Part shown: positions 52,371-63,314 of the stretch, in pieces
Numbering within the stretch: position 1 is the first letter of the stretch
Layout: each line of letters opens with the position of its first letter
NCBI GenBank assembly: GCA_963743305.1
Contig: CAVUPH010000039.1
Coordinates: 1 to 64,000 of the forward strand
Length of the DNA stretch: 64,000 nucleotides
Reading direction: 5' to 3'
Origin: an uncultured delta proteobacterium
GTDB lineage: Bacteria; Desulfobacterota; RBG-13-43-22
Notes under the pieces: model-generated
Database searches by the model: none
Told to the model about the DNA's origin: nothing
The model's input: the letters and a program-made list of their open reading frames with translations, nothing else
Translations under genes and position numbers: made by a program

Positions 52371-52447
52371 GCGCCCGTAGCTCAGTTGGATAGAGCGTCG
52401 GACTTCGAATCCGCAGGCCGCCCGTTCGAGTCGGGCCGGGCGCACCA
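52371..52447 (+). tRNA. tRNA-Arg (UCG)
   Basis: GCGCCCG/CGGGCGC acceptor, loop CTTCGAA, GTTCGAGTC, CCA. Confidence 0.93.
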
Positions 52448-54568
52448 GTTTTACCGCCCTTTGCCTATCATTACCATCCGTTCGCTGCCCTTCAACTGAC
52501 CAGTTTATGGTTATTCGCCCTTTGAAGTGGATGGCTACAACCTAATGATAGATTAACCGGGAATTGGGCCTCCGGCCAAGACGACGGAACAACATCAAAA
52601 TTCATCCTGAATGGCCCCATAAAAATTTGTCGCATCTTCCCGAAACTTATCGATGAACTGATCCTGATGCATATCGTCGTATCGTTAATTGTTTTAAGAC
52701 GCAACTCCCGACGAGCTTACGCCCCTCGCACCTGCAAGCCAGATTTTTGATCTTTTTTGTTAAGGATTTCCACCCCTTCAAACTCCAGCAATATTCTGAT
52801 AAAAATATCTTTCCTTTTCTCTTTGAAGTAGGTCATTTTCTCAATACCATAAACTGGACAATACCGAGGAGGAGTTATGCCGAACCGTAATCCCAGTCGC
52901 CACCAAGGACGATTTCTGTGTATTTCAGTTTGTCTTGTGTTGCTGTCTTGCATCGTGATCCCCGAAGCGAAGGCTGCCAATTTCCCGGTTACGGTCTTTA
53001 CGGACAATGCCTCGGGCGGATTGGCCGGTACGGGCGCCGGTGATCCCGGCGACTTGCGTGCGCAGATCCTGGCCGCCAATGCGGCCGGGGGGACCAACAC
53101 CATTTCATTCACCTGCGGCGCGCCGCCTTGTACGATTTCGCTTGGCGGCCCCCTGCCGGCGATTACCGGCGATCTCTCCATCGACGGTGTTACCATGGGA
53201 GATATCGTCATCGACGGAGCCGGCACCTACCGGATTTTCTTCGTTGACACCGGCACGGTGGCTCTTCAACACCTCGTCATCCAGAACGGTCGTGCCCAGG
53301 GCGGCGCAGGCGGCACTGGCGATGGTGGCGGCGGCGGCGGTGCCGGTCTGGGCGGCGGTCTGTTTGTCAATCAGGCCTCTGCGGCGGTAACGTTAACCAA
53401 TGTGCGGTTCATCGGGTGTTCGGCAATCGGCGGCGCCGGCGGGAATTATGTCAGCCAAGCCTTTCCGGGCGGTGGCGGCGGAGGACTGGCGTTTCCGGGC
53501 GGCAGCAGCACGGCCAATACCGGTGCTCCGGGCGGCGGGGGAGTTCAAGGCGCGGGTACTGATGTCCCCGCAGGCGCTAATGGCAGTGCCGGCGGTGCCG
53601 GCGGCGGTGGTGGTGGTGGACGGCTTGGCGCCGGAACCCCTGGCCTCGGCGGGTCGGGTTACGCCACCAACGGCGGCGGCCAGGATGGAAGCACTGCAAA
53701 CGGCGGTAACGGCGGTTTCGGCGGCGGCGGTGGTGGTGGGCCTTTAGGCACTGGGGGCACCGGCGGATTTGGGGGCGGTGGCGGCGGTACCGGAACTTCC
53801 ACCCTGGCCGGCAACGGCGGTGCCGGCGGCGGCGGCGGTGGCAGCGATGGAGGCACAAGAGGAACAGGCGGCTCCCTCGGATCCGGCATCAGTGGCGGTA
53901 ATGCGGGAACGGGAACCGGTGGCGGTGGCGGTGGGGCGGCGGTCGGCCCGGCGGTTTTTGTGAACGCCGGCACTTTGACCGCAACGAATGCAGTGGCAAC
54001 AAGCTCGACGGCGACAGCCGGTTCGGGTGGCACGGGTCGGACGGGTGGCGCAAGCATCGGAGCGGACGGCGCGGCGAACTCCACCTCTTTGTTCAACTTC
54101 GCTGGAACCGTAAACGGTTCCGGAACGACCGGCCCGCTAACTCTATTGAATCCGCCGCAGACCATCACCTTTGCCACACCAGCTCCCACGCCGGCATTCG
54201 CGAAAGGGGGCACGTTCACGGTCAGTGCCGCGGCGACGTCGGGCCTGCCCGTGACCTACAGCAGCCAAACGACGGAGGTCTGCACGACCGGAGGCACGAC
54301 GACGCCGGCGACGGTGACCATGGTCACGACCGGCACCTGCATCGTGGCCGCGAATCAGTCGGCGACGGCACGTTTCTTCCTGCACCCGAGGCGACACAGA
54401 CCATCAGCATCACCAGCAAGGTTTTATTACCGTTAATTAGAAAAGGTGAGACTTTGGAGTAAATGGGGATGATTCCGGATGGTTAATTATAGATCGGAAT
54501 TTCAAAGGCCTATCTAAGAACGACTTCGAATCCACGGGCCGCCCGTTCGAGTCAGGCCGGACGCAGCA
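52401..54568. mobile_element. Decayed tRNA-integrated mini-island (attL/attR-like 47-bp repeats)
   Basis: 3' half of tRNA-Arg (52401..52447) repeated at 54522..54568 with 5 mismatches; no integrase inside. Confidence 0.75.
52877..54462 (+). CDS. Secreted glycine-rich surface protein with Ig-like repeat and LPLI tail (frameshift near 54360)
   Basis: Signal peptide, GGGGGAGLGGGLFV repeats, QTITF..ANQ; alternative frame GDGTFLPAPEATQTISITSKVLLPLIRKGETLE*. Confidence 0.8.
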
Positions 54569-54967
54569 TCAAATCAAGCTTTTCCTACCTGTAATTTGGT
54601 AGCAAGTGACAAAAAATGTTGAGTTCAATCGGAATAGGATGAATTCGGGACGTATTTCTCTCCCCAAACAGGGCCGGCTTTTCCTGTTTTCCGCCTTCTT
54701 TTATCTTTTTCCAAATTCCCTAAAATAAATACAACTCCTTATATTAATTATTTATTTTAGCCATCAATCTTTTGGCCTTCCTATCCCCTCCTCCACATCC
54801 CCGGCAGGTTGCCGGGGTCCAAAAACCTCCCTGGTATTAAATTTGCTGAGTTTACTCCATATCTAAACAAAATCCCAAAAAGTGCCGATGTAGTCGTTAT
54901 CAAGAATTTTAAGATTTCAACAATTTTTTCTTTCCAACGATTGGAAAGCAACTTGAAGGGAGGAGCT

Positions 54968-57329
54968 ATGATTGGAGCAAAATTCAAGAAGTCATTTATG
55001 GGTGGACTGCTTTTAGGATTATCTTTATTGCTGCTTTTGACTTCACCGGCCCTGGCCGTGGAAACCCATTGGACTGGAATGAACAGCGAGTGATTGGATT
55101 GTACCGGAGAATTGGGATCAACGGGGTGCCTGACCAAGGATATGATGTATTTATTGACCTCCCGGGGGCCTATGTTTTTTATCCAGCTTCCGATGTTTCA
55201 CTTCATAATTCCGGCAACCCAACGCTCAACTCGCTGTTGTTGGATCCCTCTGACCTTCAGGCAGGAGATGTCAGCCTCGAACAAGTCCAGGACATTCTGA
55301 CTGTCAAAAACACTACGATCGGTAATAACGGCACGGCCAATTACTTCCTTAACGCCGGGACCAACAAAGTCTTGCAGGACCTGACCTTGGGCACCACCGT
55401 AAATGGGGAAGGAAACTATATCATGACCGAGGGATCCCTATCGGTCGGTGGGCATGAAACACTGGGCCTGGCCGGATCAGGGATTCATATTTCAATTTCA
55501 GAAGCTTTCAAGCACATCGCCTTGGGAAGATCACCTTCTTTGGGATGCACTCCTCATGTGACTCCTCCTCACCATGTCACCCCTCCGCCAGTGACGCTCC
55601 TCTGTCAGTGCCATCCATTCAGTGGGCAAAAACCTTTATCTGGGGGTTGAACGCCTCGGCTTTGGCGAATTCGATCTAGCCGACAGCAGCCTGGACGTCG
55701 GCGGGTCAATCAGAGTGGGGATAAAGGGGACAGGGGTACTTTGAACCAGACCGATAGCACTGTAAAAATAAAGGGTAACGATACGACTCCCTTGACCAGC
55801 GAGGGCATCCTTTCCTCCGCTCCCGTCTTTTCCGCGTTATCCAAGAGTAACCTGAAAAACAATCCACTAGGATGCGTTTCCAGCCGGCAACCGGGATTAA
55901 TCGTGGGCCTCGAAAACGTGCACAGCGAAACGAAAACATCGACAACTTGGCCAATATAACCTTTCGGGCGGTACCCTCAATGTCAATTATAGTGAGATCA
56001 TTGGGTTAGATGAAGGCGGAGATGGTACCTTTACTCAGTCAAATGGCGTCCATACCATCAATGGAAATCTCTACCTGGGAATGAACAGCGGCAGCTTCGG
56101 AGTTTTTGATCTTTCCGTGAACCCTCTTCCGAGTCCGGACACTCCTACCCCTCCTTCTGTCGGCCTCCTGGACGTCTACGGCTTTGCCTCCGTGGGCTAC
56201 TTAGGCCAAGGCGATTTTCTCCAGGATGGCGGAACGGTTAAGATCAGGGGTATCGATCAAGAGGTCAACCTGAGAGGGAAGTCGCTCTCCACAACTATAA
56301 CCAAGGTCGCACCATTAGGCTGCAACCAACCACAACAATATATTGGTTTTACGGTCGGACGTGGGGGAATTGGAACCTATGAGTTGGATGACGGGGAACT
56401 TTTGGTGAGCCGCGGCGAGGTTATCGGGATGCTTTCCGGATCCAACGGCACATTTAGTCAGTTCGGCGGCAATCATTTCATCGGCGGAAATATGACCATC
56501 GCCCGGGACCCGGGGAGTAACGGCCTCTACACCCTTGGCGATCCTAATGCCGATCCTGATGCCGTTGCCCCCAACGGTACTTTGAAGGTCCAGGGCAGCC
56601 TGTTGAATAACGCCGGCGGGACCTTTAATTACTACAGTGGGGAACTTCAGGCCAGCGTAATCAATAAAGGGACTTTCAACGCTTATGGTCCCGGAACCAG
56701 GACCTTCCCGAGCCAGTTCTTCAATTATGGGACTTTTGAGCTCCAAGGCCAACCCGCTGGGTACGGCCGCCTTCGCCCAGAAATTCCGGAATTATGGTGT
56801 CTATAAAAGCAGTGGGAACCCAGGCGTCGATAACCGGTTCACCTACCTTTATGTTGCCAACCAAGGCTCTATCTATACCGAGTCGACGGATAATTATTAT
56901 GTCACCAAGGAGTTTACCAATACCAGCACCCAAAATACCGCTTGGAAAACCGATACAGCCAACCTGATCTTCACCGGCCCCGGCCGGAAACCCTTCAAAA
57001 CCGGCAGCTTGAACCTGGGGCCTTCGGGGTTTACCAACAACTTTGCCTGGGACAGCCTGGGAATCGAAGACAATGCGAGTGTCCAGCTCCTCGGCCATCT
57101 TTATGCAGATCAGATTCGAGGGGTTAATGTGAATCCCGTAACCAAAAAAGTCACCAACCTTTTTGGATACTGCGGGATCCATATTTACTATGATACTTCA
57201 GATAGTTATAACACATATCTGAATGGCTGGATACTGACTACCCCTTATGGAAAACCGGTGGGACAATTCACTTCCACTGGTTTTGAAGCTTATCGTCTGC
57301 CATTAAAAGACTTACAGATTTATCGCTAA
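54968..57329 (+). pseudogene. Large secreted beta-strand repeat (autotransporter/PEP-CTERM-associated-like) protein broken by several frameshifts
   Basis: Signal peptide PALA-VETHWTG; repeated G.F.Q.GG / G.Y.L..G.L.V motifs across fragments 55069, 55741, 56081 and 56685. Confidence 0.65.
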
Positions 57330-57401
57330 GGAGGTCTAATAACTTGATTTAAAATAAAGAACTAGGAGCGAGGAAGGCTTTGCTCCTTCCTACCCTCTCC
57401 A

Positions 57402-57442
57402 CCCGGCACATAAGTCATCCAGCTCATGTGCCGGGTTTTTTA
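57402..57442 (+). terminator. Rho-independent terminator
   Basis: cccggcacat..atgtgccggg-tttttt. Confidence 0.75.
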
Positions 57443-57777
57443 TTCTCATCGGGTTAACATAAAAAAAAGCAGACATTACGTTTGGTATTTGATTTGGCCT
57501 GAATCCCGGACTCGATCCGGGATCCAGGGTAAGAGAAGCTAAAAGGATCCTGGATTCCGGATCGCGCTTCACTTGTCCGGAATGACGAGCTAATTCGGTT
57601 CCTTGGAAACCTGCTTTCAGGCTTCGTGGGTACCCGATTCGAGAGCCTTCTGCGGGTTCATCAGGCTATAAACCTCCCCATTATCCCCCTACTTTCTTTT
57701 GTTGAAAAATAGGCCCCCATTCGCTATAGTCGATTACGGCTTAGTTTCCGGTTCTATTTGATCCCCTGATAGCCCAG

Positions 57778-58581
57778 ATGAATTCTTTACTAATAAAATT
57801 AAGCATTTTCATGCTTTGCGGTGGTCTGCTGGCCGGGTGTTCCCGGGGTCCGGCCAAATCTCAATCCATCACCGTTGCCGGGTCCACTTCTGTTCAGCCC
57901 TTTGCGGAAAAGTTGGCCGAAATATACATGGAAGTCAACCCGGAGACCATCGTCAATGTCCAGGGCGGGGGATCCACGGCCGGGATCACCTCCTGCCGGT
58001 CGGGAGCCGCTCAGGTCGGCACCTGTTCCCGGGAGTTGCGCGACGAGGAAAAGGATTTGCACCGCATCGTCATTGCCCATGACGGCATCGCTATTATTGT
58101 TCATCCCGGAAATTCGATTACCAATCTCTCGATCGAACAGTTGCAAGGAATTTTTACGGGGAGAGTCCGGTCGTGGTCCGAGCTGGGATGGGTAAATAAA
58201 CCCATTCATTTCGTCACCCGGGAGGAAGGTTCGGGGACCCGGGATGCCTTTGAACATTTGGTCATGGGTAAAAAAGAGATCTCCGACGAGGCCCTGGTCC
58301 AGGACTCCAACGGTTCGGTACGGGAGATAATCGCCAATGACCCGCAGGCGATCGGCTACATTTCTTTTGGGCTGGTCAATCATCAGGTAAAAACCCTGTC
58401 CGTCAATTCCGTTGTCCCTTCTTTGAAGACGATCAAGGACAAACAATACCAGTTGACCCGGCCCTTTCTCTTTGTAACACAGGGTCAAACCTCGGCGGCC
58501 ACCAAAAAATTTATTGATTTCGTGCTGGGCGCCGACGGACAGCGGATACTGGAGCATGAGGGCCTCATCGGCATCCATTGA
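57778..58581 (+). CDS. pstS: Phosphate ABC substrate-binding lipoprotein
   Basis: LAGC lipobox, AGSTSV, GGGS, REEGSGTR, AIGYIS. Confidence 0.9.
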   Translation: MNSLLIKLSIFMLCGGLLAGCSRGPAKSQSITVAGSTSVQPFAEKLAEIYMEVNPETIVNVQGGGSTAGITSCRSGAAQVGTCSRELRDEEKDLHRIVIAHDGIAIIVHPGNSITNLSIEQLQGIFTGRVRSWSELGWVNKPIHFVTREEGSGTRDAFEHLVMGKKEISDEALVQDSNGSVREIIANDPQAIGYISFGLVNHQVKTLSVNSVVPSLKTIKDKQYQLTRPFLFVTQGQTSAATKKFIDFVLGADGQRILEHEGLIGIH

Positions 58582-58583
58582 TC

Positions 58584-59420
58584 ATGAAAGAAAAAATTAT
58601 TGAAAAAATCCTCATGATCCTGGCCTTTTCCGCTATCGGGCTGCTTCTGCTGATCACCGTTTTTATTTTCCGGGAGGGGTTTCCAGTCATCCTGAAAGCC
58701 GGACTCCAGGATTTTCTTTTCAGCGCCAAGTGGGCCCCTACCAAAGGACATTTCGGAATCCTGGCCATGATCATCTCCTCCCTGGCGGTCACGTTCAACG
58801 CCATCCTCCTGGGAGTGCCCCTGGCCTTGGCCTGCGCCATTACCCTGGCGGAGTTTACTCCGCCCCGTTGGGTAGTCGTATTAAAACCCACCATTGAACT
58901 CCTGGCCGGGATCCCCTCCGTGGTCTTCGGGTTCCTGGGAGTGATCTTTCTGGTTCCCCTGATCCGAGAATACCTCGGCGGGCCGGGGTTATCCCTTCTG
59001 GCCGCCTCCGTCATCCTGGCCATCATGATCCTCCCCACGATTACCAGTATTTCGATTGACGCCCTCCAGGCCGTACCCTTGTTATATAAAGAGGGTGCCC
59101 TGGCCATGGGCGCCACCCATTGGCAGGCTATTCGCTACGTGTTGCTTCCGGCCGCCCGTTCCGGTGTGGTCACCGCCATCATCCTGGGCATGGCCCGGGC
59201 CATCGGGGAAACCATGGCCGTCATCATGGTGGCCGGGAATGCCCTTAAAATCCCTACCTCGTTCCTGGACCCGGTCCGGACCTTAACCAGCAACATTGCC
59301 TTGGAAATGGGCTATTCCACCGGAGATCATCGCCAGGCCCTTTTCGCCACCGGGATCATCCTCTTCGTTTTTATTATGGCCTTGAATATCCTGGCCACCA
59401 CCCTGATGCGCCGAAAATGA
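58584..59420 (+). CDS. pstC: Phosphate ABC permease
   Basis: LLAGIPSVVFG, RAIGETMAVIMV. Confidence 0.92.
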   Translation: MKEKIIEKILMILAFSAIGLLLLITVFIFREGFPVILKAGLQDFLFSAKWAPTKGHFGILAMIISSLAVTFNAILLGVPLALACAITLAEFTPPRWVVVLKPTIELLAGIPSVVFGFLGVIFLVPLIREYLGGPGLSLLAASVILAIMILPTITSISIDALQAVPLLYKEGALAMGATHWQAIRYVLLPAARSGVVTAIILGMARAIGETMAVIMVAGNALKIPTSFLDPVRTLTSNIALEMGYSTGDHRQALFATGIILFVFIMALNILATTLMRRK

Positions 59421-60256
59421 AATTTTTCTCTCCCATCGTCTGGCAGATTATGGTCAAGACCTTGCTCTGGACCCTCACCGGTTTGACCATCGGCATCCTT
59501 TTTTTTATCATTTTCGTCGTCTTCGTTAATGGCGTACCGCAAATTTCCTGGGAGTTTTTATCTACTAATCCGGTCGATATGGGCCGGTCCGGCGGCATTC
59601 TGGCCACAATTGTCAGCACCTTATACATTATTGTGATTGCCCTCCTTTTTGCCACCCCCCTGGGGCTGGGAACGGCCATTTATCTGACTGAATATACCCG
59701 GGAAGGCCCGGTCACCCGGATCATCCGCTTTGGCACGGAATGCCTGGCCGGAATACCCTCGATTATCCTGGGTCTCTTCGGGTTTGCCATCTTCGTCATG
59801 GCCTTCGGCTGGGGTTGGAGCCTGCTTTCGGGAGGTCTGACCCTTTCGGTCATGTTGCTGCCGACCATCATCCGGACCTCGGAAGAATCCATTCTGGCCG
59901 TTCCCCGGGAATACCGTGAAGTCAGTTTTTCTTTGGGGCTGGGCAAATGGCAGACCATCACCCGCATCGTCCTGCCCAGCGCGCTGCCCGGAATCGCCAC
60001 CGGGATCGTGCTGAGCATCGCCCGCTCCATAGGAGAGACCGCCGTCATCATCTTCACCGCCGGGTCATCCCTGCGGTTCCCCAAAACCATTTTTGAATCC
60101 GGGCGCACACTGGCCGTGCATTTTTATATCCTGGCCCGGGAGGGGATATCCATGCCCATGGCCTACGGCACTGCGGCTGTCCTGATCATCGTTATCCTGG
60201 TAATCAATGTCAGCGCTTACGTGATGATGCGCTATTTCTTAAAAAAATATTCATAG
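59417..60256 (+). CDS. pstA: Phosphate ABC permease
   Basis: AIYLTEY, LAGIPSII, ARSIGETA. Confidence 0.92.
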   Translation: MKFFSPIVWQIMVKTLLWTLTGLTIGILFFIIFVVFVNGVPQISWEFLSTNPVDMGRSGGILATIVSTLYIIVIALLFATPLGLGTAIYLTEYTREGPVTRIIRFGTECLAGIPSIILGLFGFAIFVMAFGWGWSLLSGGLTLSVMLLPTIIRTSEESILAVPREYREVSFSLGLGKWQTITRIVLPSALPGIATGIVLSIARSIGETAVIIFTAGSSLRFPKTIFESGRTLAVHFYILAREGISMPMAYGTAAVLIIVILVINVSAYVMMRYFLKKYS

Positions 60257-60291
60257 AAGCGTCACCCGGATCGCCCCTACCTAATTTCATC

Positions 60292-61048
60292 ATGGCTCCT
60301 AAAATCGAAATAAAAAACCTTTCCGTGGCTTATAATAGAGTCTCCGCCCTGCGGGGGATCAATCTCTCGATTTTCGAAAAGGAAATCACCGGGATTATGG
60401 GGCCGTCGAACAGCGGGAAAAGCACGCTTCTTCAGAATACTAAACCGGCTCATCGACCTGACCCCCCAGGTGACTATCGAGGGGCAGGTCCTGCTGGATG
60501 GAGAGAACATCCTGGATCCCCAATATGATGTCAACCGCCTCCGGACCCGGGTGGGAATCGTTTTTGCCAAACCCATTCCCCTGCCCCGTTCCATTTATGA
60601 AAATCTGACCTTCGGACCCCGCCTCCACGGGGTTCGGGACCGCCGTCTTCTCGATGAACGGGTGGAGGCGAGCCTTAAAGCCGCCATCCTCTGGGGCGAA
60701 GTCAAGGACCGCCTCCATGAGTCGGGCTTGAAGTTATCCGGAGGCCAGCAGCAGCGGTTGTGCATCGCCCGGACCCTGGCCATGCAATCAGAGGTGATCC
60801 TTTTAGACGAGCCCACCTCGGGTCTCGACCCTATCTCCACGGCCAAGATTGAGGAGGCACTGCGGACGCTGAAAAAAGACCATACGGTGGTCATCGTCAG
60901 CAATAACACCAAACAGATCGCCCGTATTTCCGACCAGGTGGCTTTTATCCTCCTGGGGGACTTGATCGAATACGGGCCGCCTGACCAGATTTTCACCATG
61001 GCCAAGGACAAACGGACCGAAGATTACGTTTCCGGACGCTTCGGCTAA
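60292..61048 (+). CDS. pstB: Phosphate ABC ATPase (frameshift near 60435; H-loop His absent)
   Basis: [40 protein letters not shown]. Confidence 0.88.
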
Positions 61049-61061
61049 TAAAGGAATCTTA

Positions 61062-61820
61062 GTGCCCGAAATTACCATCAATCATTTGAACCTGCACTAC
61101 GGGTCCTTCCACGCCCTCAAGGACGTCTCTTCATTTTTCAAAACCCGGACCATTACGGCCCTGATCGGTCCCTCGGGTTGCGGCAAGTCCACGCTCCTGC
61201 GCTGTCTGAACCGGATGAACGATTTGATCGCCGGGGTCCGCATCGAGGGAGAGGTGGTGATCGGGGACAAAAACATATACGCCCCGGCAACCAACCTGAT
61301 TAAACTGCGCCGGGAGGTGGGCATGGTCTTCCAACGTCCCAATCCCTTTCCCCTCCCCATTTCGGAAAATGTCCTTTTCGGGCCTAAAATGCACCAGATC
61401 CTGCCCAGGGAAAAAAGCCGGCGCGACGAAATCGTTTTCAATTCCCTTTCGGCTGTGGGGTTGTGGGAAGCGTTAAAAGACCGCTTGGCTCTGTCCGCCC
61501 TCACCCTGACCCTGGAACAACAGCAACGCCTCTGCATGGCCCGGATCCTGGCCCTGGAGTCCCGCATCGTTCTAATGGACGAACCCTGCTCGGCCCTGGA
61601 CCCCATGGCCACGGAAAAGATCGAGAGCCTGATGCTGGAGCTTAAGGAAAAGTACACCATCGTCATCGTCACCCACAATATGCAGCAGGCCGCCCGCATC
61701 TCCGATGAATCCGGTTTTATGCTCCTGGGCGAACTGATCGAGTTCGGTACCACCGGCCAGATCTTCACCAAGCCCCGGGATGAAAGAACAAATGATTATA
61801 TTACCGGGAGATATGGATAA
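61062..61820 (+). CDS. pstB: Phosphate ABC ATPase with degenerate signature motif
   Basis: GPSGCGKST, LTLEQQQR, MDEPCSALDP, VTHNMQQA. Confidence 0.9.
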   Translation: MPEITINHLNLHYGSFHALKDVSSFFKTRTITALIGPSGCGKSTLLRCLNRMNDLIAGVRIEGEVVIGDKNIYAPATNLIKLRREVGMVFQRPNPFPLPISENVLFGPKMHQILPREKSRRDEIVFNSLSAVGLWEALKDRLALSALTLTLEQQQRLCMARILALESRIVLMDEPCSALDPMATEKIESLMLELKEKYTIVIVTHNMQQAARISDESGFMLLGELIEFGTTGQIFTKPRDERTNDYITGRYG

Positions 61821-61881
61821 CAAAATTGAGGCCTCCCAACCAAAAGGGCGAACAACTCTAAATATCAACCGGCGATCAATT

Positions 61882-62535
61882 TTAATTTTGTTGCTGGTGT
61901 TTGATTACTTTCCCCTCGATCATGTAGATCACGTGTTCGGAGATGTTGGTAGCCAGATCGGCGGTCCGTTCCAGATTGTGGGCGATTTTCAGGAGGTGCA
62001 AGGCCCTCTCGATTGTCGACGGGGCGGCTATCATGTAGGTGATCAGTTCTCGCAAAATCTGGGAGGCCAAACCGTCCACCATGTCGTCCCGTTCGCAGAC
62101 GCTGACCGCCAGGTCCGGATCTTCATGGACAAAGGCATTGACGGCGTCTCGCAGCATGCCGCTAGCCGCCTCAGCCATCCGGGGCAGGTCCAGCAAAGGT
62201 TTAACCAAAGGTTGGGTGATAAGGAAAAGGCCGTTTTCGGCGCTGTTGGCGGCGTGATCGGCAATCCTTTCCAGGTCATTGTTGATTTTGAGACTCATCA
62301 AGATGGTCCGCAATTCTTTGGCCTTGGGACTGAATTGGGCGATCATCGTCGTACAGAGGTCATCGATCAGGATTTCCGTCTCATTGGCCTTTTTTTCACT
62401 TTTTTCGATGACCTGAAGGAACAAATCCCGGTCGCTTCTTAACAGCCCGACGATGCTGTCGTCGATCATTTTTTCCACCAGGAGGGCGTATCCGATCAAG
62501 GTCTTCCTGAGCCCGACAATTTCCTTTTCCAACAT
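61882..62535 (-). CDS. phoU: Phosphate signalling protein
   Basis: DLERIADHA, ERDDMVD, LERTADLATNISE. Confidence 0.93.
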   Translation of the reverse strand: MLEKEIVGLRKTLIGYALLVEKMIDDSIVGLLRSDRDLFLQVIEKSEKKANETEILIDDLCTTMIAQFSPKAKELRTILMSLKINNDLERIADHAANSAENGLFLITQPLVKPLLDLPRMAEAASGMLRDAVNAFVHEDPDLAVSVCERDDMVDGLASQILRELITYMIAAPSTIERALHLLKIAHNLERTADLATNISEHVIYMIEGKVIKHQQQN

Positions 62536-62546
62536 AGTTCCCCCGA

Positions 62547-63314
62547 TCAACCAAATTTTCCGGTTAAATATTCTTCCGTCCTCTTGTCCTTGGGAACGGT
62601 GAACATCGTTTTCGTCAATCCGTGTTCAATCAATTCTCCGAGGTAAATAAAAGCCGTATAATCGGACACCCGGGCCGCCTGGCCCATGTTGTGGGTGACC
62701 AGGAGCATGGTGACGGTTTCTTTCAGGTCCGCGATCAAGGCTTCTATATGGGAGGTCGATTTCGGATCCAGGGCGGAAGTCGGTTCATCCAGTAATAGAA
62801 TTTCCGGATTCATGGCCAGGGCCCGGGCGATACACAGCCTTTGTTGCTGGCCTCCGGACAAAAAGGTCCCCTTGCGATGCAGGAAATCCTTGACCTCGTT
62901 CCACAAGGCGGCCTGCTGGAGTGACCGTTCCACGATCTCCTCGGTTTCCTTTCGGCTGAGCCGAATCCCATTCAATTTATAACCGGCAATGACATTTTCA
63001 TAAATGCTCATGGTGGGAAAGGGGTTCGGTTTTTGGAAGACCATGCCGATTTTTTTGCGGAGCACGATCGGTTCCATGGCGTAAATATCCTTATCCCGCA
63101 GATAGATCTTGCCTTGGATGTTAGAACCCGGGATCAACTCGTGCATCCGGTTGATGCAGCGGATGATCGTGGTCTTGCCGCATCCCGAAGGCCCCATCAA
63201 GGCGGTGACCTTATTGTCTCCGATGGCTAGGGAAACGTCCTTCAGGACGCGGTTATCTCCATAACCGGCGGAAAAATGTTCAATGCGTAAGACGTTTAGA
63301 GTTGGATCTTCCAT
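62547..63314 (-). CDS. pstB: Phosphate ABC ATPase (canonical)
   Basis: [32 protein letters not shown]. Confidence 0.93.
   Translation of the reverse strand: MEDPTLNVLRIEHFSAGYGDNRVLKDVSLAIGDNKVTALMGPSGCGKTTIIRCINRMHELIPGSNIQGKIYLRDKDIYAMEPIVLRKKIGMVFQKPNPFPTMSIYENVIAGYKLNGIRLSRKETEEIVERSLQQAALWNEVKDFLHRKGTFLSGGQQQRLCIARALAMNPEILLLDEPTSALDPKSTSHIEALIADLKETVTMLLVTHNMGQAARVSDYTAFIYLGELIEHGLTKTMFTVPKDKRTEEYLTGKFG

Noticed and set aside
53659-54219. Proline-rich minus-strand ORF
   Set aside because: Antisense shadow of Gly codons in the + strand gene.
55091-55093. In-frame TGA as selenocysteine
   Set aside because: The neighbouring frame gives the expected SDW..ENW continuation, so it is a frameshift; no SECIS-like context seen.
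13005-60470. Frameshifts in ACAD, livH, pilin, pstB and others as programmed frameshifting or phase variation
   Set aside because: They are widespread single-base indels in otherwise conserved genes, often near short homopolymers; long-read error is more likely.
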